This document shows, piece by piece, positions 8,124 through 16,553 of a stretch of 43,313 nucleotides of DNA. Every line of letters begins with the position of its first letter. Position 1 is the first letter of the stretch. Source of the stretch: Gemmatimonadales bacterium (GTDB lineage: Bacteria; Gemmatimonadota; Gemmatimonadetes; Gemmatimonadales; GWC2-71-9); NCBI GenBank assembly GCA_036375015.1, contig DASUSR010000122.1:1-43313 (forward strand), read 5' to 3'. A program made the translations under genes and the position numbers. The notes beneath the pieces were generated by a model. It was given only the letters and a program-made list of their open reading frames with translations. It had not been told where the DNA came from and ran no database searches.

Positions 8124-9206
8124 ATGTCCCGCCTTCTCACTCCCAAGTTCCTCCTCCGCGGGTTCGAGTTCTCGGTGCTGGCCTCCCTGGTCGGCTTCGG
8201 GATCACCCTGGCCTACGGCAACGACCTGCCGGCGTTCTTCGCCGGGTTGGGGCGGCTCAACTGGTGGTGGGTGCTCCTGGGGCTGGGGCTCGCGTCGATG
8301 GACTGGATCGGCGGAGGGCTGCGGCTCTGGGTCTGCGCCCGGCACGTGTACCCTAACCCGCCGCTCAAGGGCCTGATCCTGGCCGGCGGGATGGGCGCCT
8401 GGGCCGGGTTCATCACTCCGGTCAACTCCGGGGCCGGACCGATGACGATGTACACCATGCGCCGGTACGGAGTGCCCCTGCCGGTCGCGGTCACCTCCAC
8501 CTTCATCAGCTTCGTCGGGACCATCCTCTTCTTCGCCCTCGCCGGCCCGCTGGCCCTGGCCTTCGGCGCGGGACGCTCGCTGGGCCAGCGGGGGGACGTG
8601 CTGGGGCTCTCCCTGTACGACCTGTTCCGCGGCAGCCTCACCATCGTGGGCGCCATCGGGCTGCTGATGGCCGTCGTGATCTTCTTCCCCCGCTTCGTGG
8701 CGGGGCTGATCCACCGGGCGGCCGGAGCGATCGGCCGGCGGAGCAAGCGTTCCGCCGAGCGGCTGGAGCGGCTGCGCCGGGGGATCGACGAAGCGCACGC
8801 CATCATGGTGGCCTTCAACAGTCCCGGCGGGTGGCTGGCGGTCTTCTGGGCCACCGTACTGAGCGGCGTGTCGCACGCCAACAAGCTCCTGGCCGGCTAC
8901 GTCGCCCTTCGCGCGCTCGGGCTGCACGCCAACTTCGTGGACATCCTGCTGGTCCAGACGCTGGTGATGTTCCTGCTGTACTTCGCGCCGACGCCCGGGG
9001 CCGCCGGGATCGGCGAGCTGCTCTCCGCGGCGGTCATGTCCTCCTACGTGCCGCGCGAGCTCACCCCGATCTACATCCTCGTCTGGCGATTGATCCTGAC
9101 CTACGCCACCGTGGGATTCGGGTTCCTGGTCTTCTCCCGCTGGGTGCGGCAGGGGCTCAAGTCCATCGAGCAGCCGGCGGTCATCGCGGAACCGGCGGGA
9201 GGCTAG
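8124..9206 (+). CDS. flippase-like / lysylphosphatidylglycerol-synthase transmembrane-region family protein (UPF0104)
   Basis: 360 aa and polytopic. The C-terminal motif YFAPTPGAAGIGELL is typical of this family. No soluble aminoacyl-transferase domain. Confidence 0.75.
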   Translation: MSRLLTPKFLLRGFEFSVLASLVGFGITLAYGNDLPAFFAGLGRLNWWWVLLGLGLASMDWIGGGLRLWVCARHVYPNPPLKGLILAGGMGAWAGFITPVNSGAGPMTMYTMRRYGVPLPVAVTSTFISFVGTILFFALAGPLALAFGAGRSLGQRGDVLGLSLYDLFRGSLTIVGAIGLLMAVVIFFPRFVAGLIHRAAGAIGRRSKRSAERLERLRRGIDEAHAIMVAFNSPGGWLAVFWATVLSGVSHANKLLAGYVALRALGLHANFVDILLVQTLVMFLLYFAPTPGAAGIGELLSAAVMSSYVPRELTPIYILVWRLILTYATVGFGFLVFSRWVRQGLKSIEQPAVIAEPAGG

Positions 9207-9210
9207 CCCG

Positions 9211-10995
9211 GTGAGCGAGGAGCAGGAGCTGCCCGGGAAAGGCTACGACGCAGGGCTGCTGCGCCGGCTGCTGGGGTACCTCAGGCCGTATCGCTGGCAG
9301 GCGGTCGGGGCGCTGGGCCTGCTGCTGCTCCAGTCGGGGCTCGCCCTGGTCGGGCCCCGCCTCACCCAGCAGGCGCTCGACGCCGCCATCCCGCGCCGCG
9401 ATCTGGGGCTGCTGGGCCTGCTCGCCGCGCTCTACCTCGGCACCCTGCTGCTGGAGTTCGTCGTGGAGTACGGCGGGGCGGTGCTCACGGCGTGGATCGG
9501 CCAGCGGGTGATGATCGATCTCCGGATGCAGCTCTTCGAGCGGCTGCAGCGGCTCAGCATCCCCTTCTTCGACCGGAACCCGGTGGGTCGGCTCATGACC
9601 CGGGTCACCTCCGACGTCGAGACCCTGAACGAGCTGTTTTCCTCCGGCGTGGTCACCATCTTCGGCGACGTGTTCACGCTCATCGCGATCATGGTCATGA
9701 TGCTGGCGATCGATCTCGAGCTGGCGCTGGTGACCTTCGCGGTGATCCCGCTGGTCTGGCTCACCGCCGCCGTCTTTCGCCGGCGGGTGCGGGAGGCGTT
9801 CCGCGACATCCGGATCCGGCTGGCCCGGCTCAACGCCTTCCTGCAGGAGCGCCTGTCGGGCATGCGGATCGTCCAGCTGTTCGGGCGGGAGGAGGCCTCG
9901 GCGCGGCGGTTCGCCGACCTCAACCGGGAGCATCTCGACGCCCATCTGCGGTCGATCACGATCTACGCGGTGTTCTTTCCGGTGGTGGAGGTGCTGACCG
10001 CGGTGGCGCTCGCCCTGCTCCTGTGGTACGGCGGGCTCCGGGCGCTGGAAGGCACCCTCACGATCGGCGTGCTCGCGGCCTTCATCCAGTACACCAGGCG
10101 CTTCTTCCAGCCGCTCCAGGATCTCTCGGAGAAGTTCAATCTTCTTCAGAGCGCCATGGCGAGCTCGGAGCGGGTCTTCGCCCTCCTCGACGAGCCGGTC
10201 ACGGTGCCGGAGCCCGAGCGGCCGGGGCGGCTCCCCCGCCCGGTGCGAGGGGAGGTGCGGTTCGAGGAGGTCTGGTTCCGCTACGGCCCCGACCAGCCGT
10301 GGGTGCTGCGCGACATCTCCTTCACGGCCTCGCCGGGGCGGACCATCGCCCTGGTGGGGCACACGGGGGCCGGGAAGACCACGATCGTGAACCTCCTGCT
10401 CCGGTTCTACGACCCCGAGCGGGGCAGGATCACGGTGGATGGGGTGGACATCCGGGAGCTGTCCACCGGCGAGCTGCGCTCGGTGATCGGGTTCGTGCAG
10501 CAGGATCTCTTCCTCTTCACCGGCGACATCCTGCACAACCTCACCCTCGACGCGCCGATCGGGCCGGAGGAGGCGCGGGCGGCTGCCCGGCGGGTGGGGG
10601 CGGACCGCTTCATCGAGCGGCTGCCGGCCGGCTACGGCCACCGGCTGGGCGAGCGGGGCCGCAGCCTCAGCGTCGGCGAGCGGCAGCTGCTCAGCTTCGC
10701 CCGCGCGCTGGCGCTCGACCCCCGGATCCTGGTGCTCGACGAGGCGACCAGCTCGGTGGACGCGGAGGCGGAAGCCCAGATCCAGCGCGCGATCGCCGAG
10801 CTGATGGCCGGGCGCACCAGCCTGGTCGTGGCCCACCGGCTGAGCACGATCCTCCACGCCGACGAGATCCTGGTCCTGCACCACGGCGAGATCCGGGAGC
10901 GGGGGAGCCATCGCGAGCTGCTCGCCCATGGCGGGCTCTACCAGCGGCTCTATCAGCTCCAACTGAGCGGGCCCGAAGCCCGCCGCATCGCGTAA
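9211..10995 (+). CDS. ABC transporter permease/ATP-binding protein (MsbA-like exporter half-transporter)
   Basis: An N-terminal 6-TM domain, then Walker A GHTGAGKTT, signature LSVGERQ and Walker B ILVLDEATS. GTG start 4 nt after the preceding stop. Confidence 0.9.
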   Translation: MSEEQELPGKGYDAGLLRRLLGYLRPYRWQAVGALGLLLLQSGLALVGPRLTQQALDAAIPRRDLGLLGLLAALYLGTLLLEFVVEYGGAVLTAWIGQRVMIDLRMQLFERLQRLSIPFFDRNPVGRLMTRVTSDVETLNELFSSGVVTIFGDVFTLIAIMVMMLAIDLELALVTFAVIPLVWLTAAVFRRRVREAFRDIRIRLARLNAFLQERLSGMRIVQLFGREEASARRFADLNREHLDAHLRSITIYAVFFPVVEVLTAVALALLLWYGGLRALEGTLTIGVLAAFIQYTRRFFQPLQDLSEKFNLLQSAMASSERVFALLDEPVTVPEPERPGRLPRPVRGEVRFEEVWFRYGPDQPWVLRDISFTASPGRTIALVGHTGAGKTTIVNLLLRFYDPERGRITVDGVDIRELSTGELRSVIGFVQQDLFLFTGDILHNLTLDAPIGPEEARAAARRVGADRFIERLPAGYGHRLGERGRSLSVGERQLLSFARALALDPRILVLDEATSSVDAEAEAQIQRAIAELMAGRTSLVVAHRLSTILHADEILVLHHGEIRERGSHRELLAHGGLYQRLYQLQLSGPEARRIA

Positions 10996-11006
10996 CACCC
11001 GTTCGC

Positions 11007-11035
11007 TTGCCCGGTTACGCGCCGCACGGTAGGTT
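11007..11035 (+). promoter_or_regulatory. candidate sigma70-type promoter TTGCCC-N17-TAGGTT upstream of the FHA gene
   Basis: Hexamers at 11007-11012 and 11030-11035 with a 17-nt spacer, about 32 nt upstream of the ATG. The same TTGCCC-N17-TAnnnT pattern recurs at 39362. Confidence 0.3.
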
Positions 11036-11067
11036 TCCCCGACCGTATTCCTTAGGGTTCAGGTAGA

Positions 11068-12378
11068 ATGATTCACCTTGAAGTCGGCGGCAGGCGTATT
11101 CCCATCGCCGCCGGTGAGACGCTCATCGGGTCCGCACCGGGCAGTGCCATCGTCCTCGAGGGCGAAGGGGTGCTGCCGAGCCACGCCGTGGTGACCGGCA
11201 CGGTGCAAGGGGCGGCCGCGATACGCTCCGCCCACCCCGACGCGGAGCTGCTGATCAACGGGGTCCGCCTGGGCACCGACCCCACTCCGGTCCTCCACGG
11301 CGACAAGGTCCAGATCGCCGGTCACGAAATCCTCGTCGTCGATCCCCGCCGCAGCGGCCACACTCAGCTCTTCGATTCCGGCGCCTTCGCCGATCTGGCC
11401 CCGCCTCCCGCACCGGCCAAGCCGCCCTCCGCCGCGACGGGCGGCCGGCTGGTGTGCCTCACCGACGGACGGGAGTATGCCGTCGGCCCCGAGCCGCTGG
11501 TCTTCGGGCGGGACGCGGCCGCCGACGTGGTGGTAGCCGGCAACGACGTGTCCCGCCGTCACGCCGAGATCCAGACGTCCGGCGAGGGATACGTGCTCGT
11601 GGACCTGAGCGTGAACGGGACTTATGTGAACGGGCAGCGCATCGGGCCGAGCCAGCTGCTGGCGCGGGCGGACGTGATCCGTATCGGCAACGACGAGTTC
11701 CGGTTCTACGCCGACTCCGCCCCGGCCCCGCAGCCGCGTCCGTCCCGACCCACCCCGACCGAGCGGGGGTCGGTGCGCGCACCCACCGGCGCGGGGCACC
11801 AGTTGTCCGACACGATGCACGGCCTGCCGGTCTCCGAGCTGCGCGGCACGCCGACGCCGGTGGCGGACGCGGCGCCGCTGGCCTCGATGCTGGTGCGGAG
11901 CGGCGCGTTCCGCGGCAGGCGGCTGCCGGTCAAGACGCCGGTGGTGAACATCGGCCGGGCGGACTACAACGACGTGGTGATCGCGGAGCCCAGCGTCAGC
12001 ACCACGCACGCCAAGCTCCAGCGCCGGGACGACATCTGGGTGCTGACCGACCTCGGTTCCACCAACGGGACCTACGTGGAGGGTGAGCCGGTGACCGGGG
12101 AGACCGCGCTGACGCCGGGGACGACCCTGCGGTTCGGCGAGGTGTCGGTGCTGTTCGAGCCGTTCGACGATCGACCGGCGCCGCGACTCCCGGGTACCCA
12201 GGTCGTAGAACGGGTGGAGGCGGAGGCGCCGCCGGAGGCCCCCCGGGCCGAGCCGCGCGAGCCGCGCCGTCCCATCCGGGTGGCGGCGCCGAAGCCCAGC
12301 GGACCGCCGACCTGGCTCATCGCCCTGCTCCTGCTCGTCGCGGCCATCGTGGCCTGGTATCTCCTGACCTCGAGCTGA
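11068..12378 (+). CDS. membrane-anchored protein with three FHA domains
   Basis: The first FHA domain is degenerate (LIGS...SHAVV...INGV). The second and third are canonical (VFGRD...SRRHAEI...SVNGTYVNG; NIGRAD...STTHAKL...STNGTYVEG). C-terminal TM segment WLIALLLLVAAIVAWYLL. Confidence 0.85.
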   Translation: MIHLEVGGRRIPIAAGETLIGSAPGSAIVLEGEGVLPSHAVVTGTVQGAAAIRSAHPDAELLINGVRLGTDPTPVLHGDKVQIAGHEILVVDPRRSGHTQLFDSGAFADLAPPPAPAKPPSAATGGRLVCLTDGREYAVGPEPLVFGRDAAADVVVAGNDVSRRHAEIQTSGEGYVLVDLSVNGTYVNGQRIGPSQLLARADVIRIGNDEFRFYADSAPAPQPRPSRPTPTERGSVRAPTGAGHQLSDTMHGLPVSELRGTPTPVADAAPLASMLVRSGAFRGRRLPVKTPVVNIGRADYNDVVIAEPSVSTTHAKLQRRDDIWVLTDLGSTNGTYVEGEPVTGETALTPGTTLRFGEVSVLFEPFDDRPAPRLPGTQVVERVEAEAPPEAPRAEPREPRRPIRVAAPKPSGPPTWLIALLLLVAAIVAWYLLTSS

Positions 12379-12387
12379 CGGGGATTC

Positions 12388-13173
12388 GTGCACTTCACCT
12401 GCGCGGCTCGGACCGACGTCGGTATCGTCAGGTCGGGCAATGAAGACAACTACCTGATGCTGGCGGACCGCGGAATCTTCATCGTGGCCGACGGCATGGG
12501 CGGACACGCCGCCGGCGAGGTCGCCAGCGAGATGGCGGTGCGGATCACCTCGCACGCCATCGGGTCGCTCCGGGGACTGTCGGACGAGGAGGCGAGCGCC
12601 CGGCTGAGCACCGCCATCCGGTCGGCCAACGAGGCGATCTTCGAGCGCACCCTGTCGGAGCACGACAAGCGCGGCATGGGGACGACGGCGACGGTGCTCG
12701 CGCTGCTGCCGCGCCGCTACCTTATCGGCCAGGTGGGCGACAGCCGGGCCTACCTGCTGCGCGGCGGGCAGTTCCTCCAGCTCACCAAGGACCACTCCTA
12801 CGTGCAGGAGCAGGTGGACGCGGGGCTCCTCACCCCCGACCAGGCCCGGGTCCATCCCTACAGCAACGTCATCACCCGATGCGTCGGGGCCAGCGGCGAC
12901 GTGATCCCCGACATCTACTTCGGCTCGCTGGAGCAGGGCGACATCATCCTGCTCGCCTCCGACGGGCTCACCGGCATGCTGGAGGACGCCCAGATCACCC
13001 GCATCCTCAGCTCGGACGGCGGGCCCCAGCACTGGGTGGACCGGATGATATCCGAGGCCAACCGCCGCGGCGGCCTCGACAACATCACCGCGATCGTGAT
13101 CCGGATCGATTCGGTGGACAGCAACACCGGCGAGCAGCCGGCGGCGCCCGCCGCCGCGGGGCAGTCGAACTAG
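12388..13173 (+). CDS. PP2C-family Ser/Thr protein phosphatase (Stp1/PstP-like)
   Basis: RTDVGIVRSGNEDN, VADGMGGHAAGEVAS, LLASDGL and DNITAIV motifs. GTG start 9 nt after the FHA stop. Confidence 0.9.
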   Translation: MHFTCAARTDVGIVRSGNEDNYLMLADRGIFIVADGMGGHAAGEVASEMAVRITSHAIGSLRGLSDEEASARLSTAIRSANEAIFERTLSEHDKRGMGTTATVLALLPRRYLIGQVGDSRAYLLRGGQFLQLTKDHSYVQEQVDAGLLTPDQARVHPYSNVITRCVGASGDVIPDIYFGSLEQGDIILLASDGLTGMLEDAQITRILSSDGGPQHWVDRMISEANRRGGLDNITAIVIRIDSVDSNTGEQPAAPAAAGQSN

Positions 13174-13611
13174 TCAGCGCAGGACCAGCCAGCACCCCAC
13201 CAGCAGCAGCCCCAGTCCCGCCACCCGCGCCGGATCCACCGGTCTCAGCGCGAGCTCCAGCAGGCCGTAGTGGTCCAGCACGACCGAGACGCCGAGCTGC
13301 GCCGTGATGAGCAGGGCCACCGTGGGCGCGATGCCGATGCGGGGCACGATGTAGCTCACCACCGTGACCAGCACGACGCCGAGCCCGCCGGCCCAGAGCG
13401 CGTACCAGGGCACCTCGCGCCAGCGTCCGAGCCCGCCGCCGCCGGCCAGGAGCAGCGGGATGCCCGCCAGCAGCGCCCCCCCGAGGTGGATGATGAACGC
13501 GCTCTCCAGGATGCCGACCCGCCGGCCCATCTGCGCGGCCAGCGGGTTCTGGAATCCCACAGCCACTCCCCCCAGCAGGCCCAACAGCACCGAGACGAGC
13601 ACCACGTTCAT
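13174..13611 (-). CDS. DMT-superfamily small membrane protein (DUF606/YdcZ-like)
   Basis: 145 aa with 4-5 TM helices. ATGA overlap with the upstream GNAT gene. Confidence 0.65.
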   Translation of the reverse strand: MNVVLVSVLLGLLGGVAVGFQNPLAAQMGRRVGILESAFIIHLGGALLAGIPLLLAGGGGLGRWREVPWYALWAGGLGVVLVTVVSYIVPRIGIAPTVALLITAQLGVSVVLDHYGLLELALRPVDPARVAGLGLLLVGCWLVLR

Positions 13612-14153
13612 CCGGTCCCCTCCCCGAGCCCGAGCTCGAGCTGAATGTCCGCCCGCTGATACCCGTGCGATCCCGCGATCGGGACCTCGACGAAGCCGTG
13701 TTTCCGGTAGAGCGCGAGCGCCGGCGCGAGCGCGGTGTTGGACACCAGGAAGAGCCGCCGCGCCCCCGCCTGCCGGGCGAAGCCGATCGCCGCCTCCATC
13801 AGGAGGTCTCCGTAGCCTCGGCCACGCGCCTCCTCGCTGACGGCCATCTTGGCCAGCTCGAAGGTGTCGGCATTCTCCCGCAGCACGGCGCAGGTGCCCT
13901 GGACCCCGCCGGCGTCCAGCACGAAGAAGATCTGGCCGCCCGGCCGGATGATGAGGCGGTCTGGCTCCCGGAACACCTCGAGGTCGGGTGGCTCGAGCTG
14001 GAAATAGCGCTCGATCCAGGCCCGGTTGAGCCGCTCGAAGTGTGGACGGAGCTCCGCGCGGTAGGTGACGACCCGGACCTGGCCGTACTCTTGCCGGGCC
14101 CCGCCCGGCGTCTCATCTATGCAGGGATCCTTATCGGAGGCTGACGATGGCAC
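13608..14153 (-). CDS. GNAT family N-acetyltransferase
   Basis: Acetyl-CoA motif A EEARGRGYGDLLMEAAI and LYRKHGF. GTG start. Confidence 0.8.
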   Translation of the reverse strand: MPSSASDKDPCIDETPGGARQEYGQVRVVTYRAELRPHFERLNRAWIERYFQLEPPDLEVFREPDRLIIRPGGQIFFVLDAGGVQGTCAVLRENADTFELAKMAVSEEARGRGYGDLLMEAAIGFARQAGARRLFLVSNTALAPALALYRKHGFVEVPIAGSHGYQRADIQLELGLGEGTG

Positions 14154-14500
14154 AGTGGTCCCCGATGGTGTTCGTGGTGTGGCTCGCGGCGGTCCTGGCG
14201 TGCGGCGGCGGGCCGCCGCCCGAGGGGGCCGCCCCGGAGGCGGAGGCCGCCGTGGTGGTCGAGAATCTCGGCTTCGCGGACGTGACGATGTATGCCATCA
14301 GCGCCACCGGCAACCGGGTCCGGCTGGGGCAGGTGACCGGCAGCTCGACGCAGCGACTCTCACTGCCCGCCTACCTCGTGCGAGGCGGGGAGCGGCTGCG
14401 CTTCCTGGCCGATCCCATCGGCGGCCGAGAAGGACCGGTGAGTCAGGAGCTGTACGTGGCCCCGGGCGAGACCGTGAGCCTCACCCTCCCTCCGCGCTAG
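14147..14500 (+). CDS. hypothetical lipoprotein
   Basis: Signal peptide with lipobox (VVWLAAVLAC-GGG). High GC3. No known domain. Confidence 0.6.
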   Translation: MAQWSPMVFVVWLAAVLACGGGPPPEGAAPEAEAAVVVENLGFADVTMYAISATGNRVRLGQVTGSSTQRLSLPAYLVRGGERLRFLADPIGGREGPVSQELYVAPGETVSLTLPPR

Positions 14501-14515
14501 CCGACCCCGGCCGGC

Positions 14516-14968
14516 TCAGGGCCAGCGGGCCAGCATCTGGCGCAACTCGTCCCGGTGGTTGGTCTCGTCGGCGATGATGTCGTCGAACTGGGCCGCCAGC
14601 CCGTATTCGCTCGCGTCCTCCGCCTGCTTGCGCCGCCGCACGTAGCGCTCGATCGTTTCGATCTCGGCCTGCAGCGCGATCTTCAACATCTCCTTCGCGT
14701 CGCCGACCACCTGCACCGGCGCCGCCTCCGCCGCGGGTGTGCCGCCCATCGCGGCGATCTTGTCGGCCAGGATCTGGGCGTGGGCCAGCTCCTCCGGGAT
14801 CTCGTTCGCGAAGAACGCCCGCAGTTCCTGGCGGTAGGGGCCCTGCACCATGCTGGCGTACAGCCGGTACATGATGACCGCCTGAAACTCGCCGCGCAGG
14901 TCCTGGTTGAGTCCGTCGATCAGCTCCTGGTCCGCGCCTCCGGCCGCGCGCTCCGCCGCTTTCGCCAT
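14516..14968 (-). CDS. ferritin-like (bacterioferritin/Dps-fold) domain protein
   Basis: 150 aa from MAKAAERA, with a GGAGAAAGGGAG Shine-Dalgarno upstream. Di-iron type helices ...LRGEFQAVIMY..., ...EIPEELAHAQ..., ...LQAEIETIERY... and ...DETNHRDEL. Confidence 0.8.
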   Translation of the reverse strand: MAKAAERAAGGADQELIDGLNQDLRGEFQAVIMYRLYASMVQGPYRQELRAFFANEIPEELAHAQILADKIAAMGGTPAAEAAPVQVVGDAKEMLKIALQAEIETIERYVRRRKQAEDASEYGLAAQFDDIIADETNHRDELRQMLARWP

Positions 14969-15143
14969 CTGTGTGCTCCCTTTCTCCTGACATCGTCGGT
15001 GACGTCTCGTTCGAGCTCCGGAGAGGATAGAGCCGTCCGTGCGCGAAAGACAGGCCCGTCGCCCGCCCGCGAGTGTGAGCCGGGCCACACATCGGCGCGC
15101 GACCCGGGGGTAGGTTGCGGACCCGCACCCAAGGAGCGCACGG

Positions 15144-16070
15144 ATGGAACCGATCGAAGTCACCGGCGATCTCGCCTGCCTCCGGGTGGCGATCGTCAAC
15201 CTGTTCTTCCATGGCCCGCCCGGCGCCGGGGACCGGGGCTGGGTCCTGATCGACGCGGCGCTGCCCTGGTCGGCCGGCGCGATCGCCGGCGCCGCGGCCC
15301 GGCGGTTCGGCGCCGACGCGCGGCCCTCGGCCATCGTGCTCACCCACGGGCACTTCGATCATGTGGGGGCGCTGCGGACGCTGGCGACCCGCTGGGACGT
15401 GCCGGTGTTCGCGCACCCGTTGGAGCATCCCTACCTGACCGGCCGCTCCGCATACCCGCCACCCGACCCGACGGTCGGCGGGGGCGGCATGGCGTTCCTC
15501 TCTCCGCTGTATCCTCGCGGCCCGGTGGATCTGGGCGACCGGGTCCAGGCGCTCCCGGCCGACGGCAGTGTGCCCGGCATGCCTGGCTGGCGCTGGCTGC
15601 ACACGCCGGGGCATTCGCCGGGACATGTGTCCCTCTTCCGCGACGCCGACCGGACCCTCATCGCGGGTGACGCCTTCGTCACCACGAAGCAGGAATCTCT
15701 GGCGGCCGCCATCACCCAGCGGCGCGAGATCCACGGGCCTCCGGCGTACTACACGATGGATTGGGGGGCGGCGCGACGATCGGTGGAGCTGCTGGCCGGG
15801 CTGGAGCCGGAGATCGCGGCCACCGGGCACGGCCGGCCGCTGCGGGGCCCCGCGCTGCGCGAAGGACTCGCCGAGCTGGCTCGCAGGTTCGACCAGCTCG
15901 CGGTGCCTCGGCGCGGACGGTACGTCGAGCGGCCGGCCGTCGCGGGGCCGGCCGGTGTCACCTCGGTCCCGCCACCCGTCGGCGGTCCGGTGCCTGGTGT
16001 GGTGGTCGGGCTGGCGGTCGCGGCGCTCGCGGGGGCGATGCTCGTGCGGGGCAGACGCTCGCCCGGCTAG
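15144..16070 (+). CDS. MBL-fold metallo-hydrolase with C-terminal TM anchor
   Basis: THGHFDHVG motif, HTPGHSPGH and a later GD...GHG. AAGGAG lies 7 nt upstream of the ATG. Confidence 0.85.
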   Translation: MEPIEVTGDLACLRVAIVNLFFHGPPGAGDRGWVLIDAALPWSAGAIAGAAARRFGADARPSAIVLTHGHFDHVGALRTLATRWDVPVFAHPLEHPYLTGRSAYPPPDPTVGGGGMAFLSPLYPRGPVDLGDRVQALPADGSVPGMPGWRWLHTPGHSPGHVSLFRDADRTLIAGDAFVTTKQESLAAAITQRREIHGPPAYYTMDWGAARRSVELLAGLEPEIAATGHGRPLRGPALREGLAELARRFDQLAVPRRGRYVERPAVAGPAGVTSVPPPVGGPVPGVVVGLAVAALAGAMLVRGRRSPG

Positions 16071-16537
16071 TGCTTCGCGTACAGCGTCGTGCGCCCGTCG
16101 TGCTGAAAGGACACGGTCTCGAAGGGCTCGTGCGGCTCGCCCGGTACGGCCATGCCGGGTGAGCTGGCCGGCATCCCGGGCACCGCCAGGCCGGCCACCC
16201 CGGGCCGCTCCTTCAGCAGGCGCTGAATGTCCTCGGCGGGCACATGCCCCTCGATCAGGTACTTCTCGACCTGTGCCGTGTGACAGGACCGCACGCCCCG
16301 GGGCACGCCAAGGTTGTCCTTGACCGTATCCATGTCCTCGTCATCGTGGACCACGGTCTGGAAGCCGGCGGCCTTCACGTGGTCCACCCACTTGGCGCAG
16401 CAGCCGCAGCTCCGGCTCTTGTAGATCGTGAGCGTCGCCGGCGCGCCTGCCGGAGCCAGGGCCCAGAGCGAGCCGCCGCCGGCCAGACCGCCTGCCAGGG
16501 CAGCCGCCTGGGCGACGAACGTACGTCGTGAGATCAT
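16067..16537 (-). CDS. DUF411 (CopG-like) metal-binding protein, Tat-exported
   Basis: Twin-arginine signal MISRRTFVAQAAA. CGCC motif YKSRSCGCCAKW. GMPxxSPGM-type motif (VPGMPASSPGM). Confidence 0.8.
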   Translation of the reverse strand: MISRRTFVAQAAALAGGLAGGGSLWALAPAGAPATLTIYKSRSCGCCAKWVDHVKAAGFQTVVHDDEDMDTVKDNLGVPRGVRSCHTAQVEKYLIEGHVPAEDIQRLLKERPGVAGLAVPGMPASSPGMAVPGEPHEPFETVSFQHDGRTTLYAKH

Positions 16538-16553
16538 CGATCCGTTCTCCCTC

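Noticed and set aside
5235-8927. 1230-aa ORF suggesting a giant UvrA
   Set aside because: The first 297 residues are low-complexity (E/G/P/Q/H-rich) and overlap the real flippase-like gene on the other strand. The conserved UvrA N-terminus starts at Met298 (8036).
11064-11069. TAGAAT hexamer at the FHA gene start as a -10 box
   Set aside because: It overlaps the ATG itself (TAGA-ATG), so it cannot serve this start. The TTGCCC-N17-TAGGTT candidate upstream is a better fit.
6096-13032. Long antisense ORFs opposite uvrA (6096-8045), the ABC exporter (9181-10998) and the FHA/PP2C genes (11059-13032)
   Set aside because: Each mirrors a confidently identified gene on the other strand. Composition is dominated by R/G/P/A/E/H, with no domain signatures.
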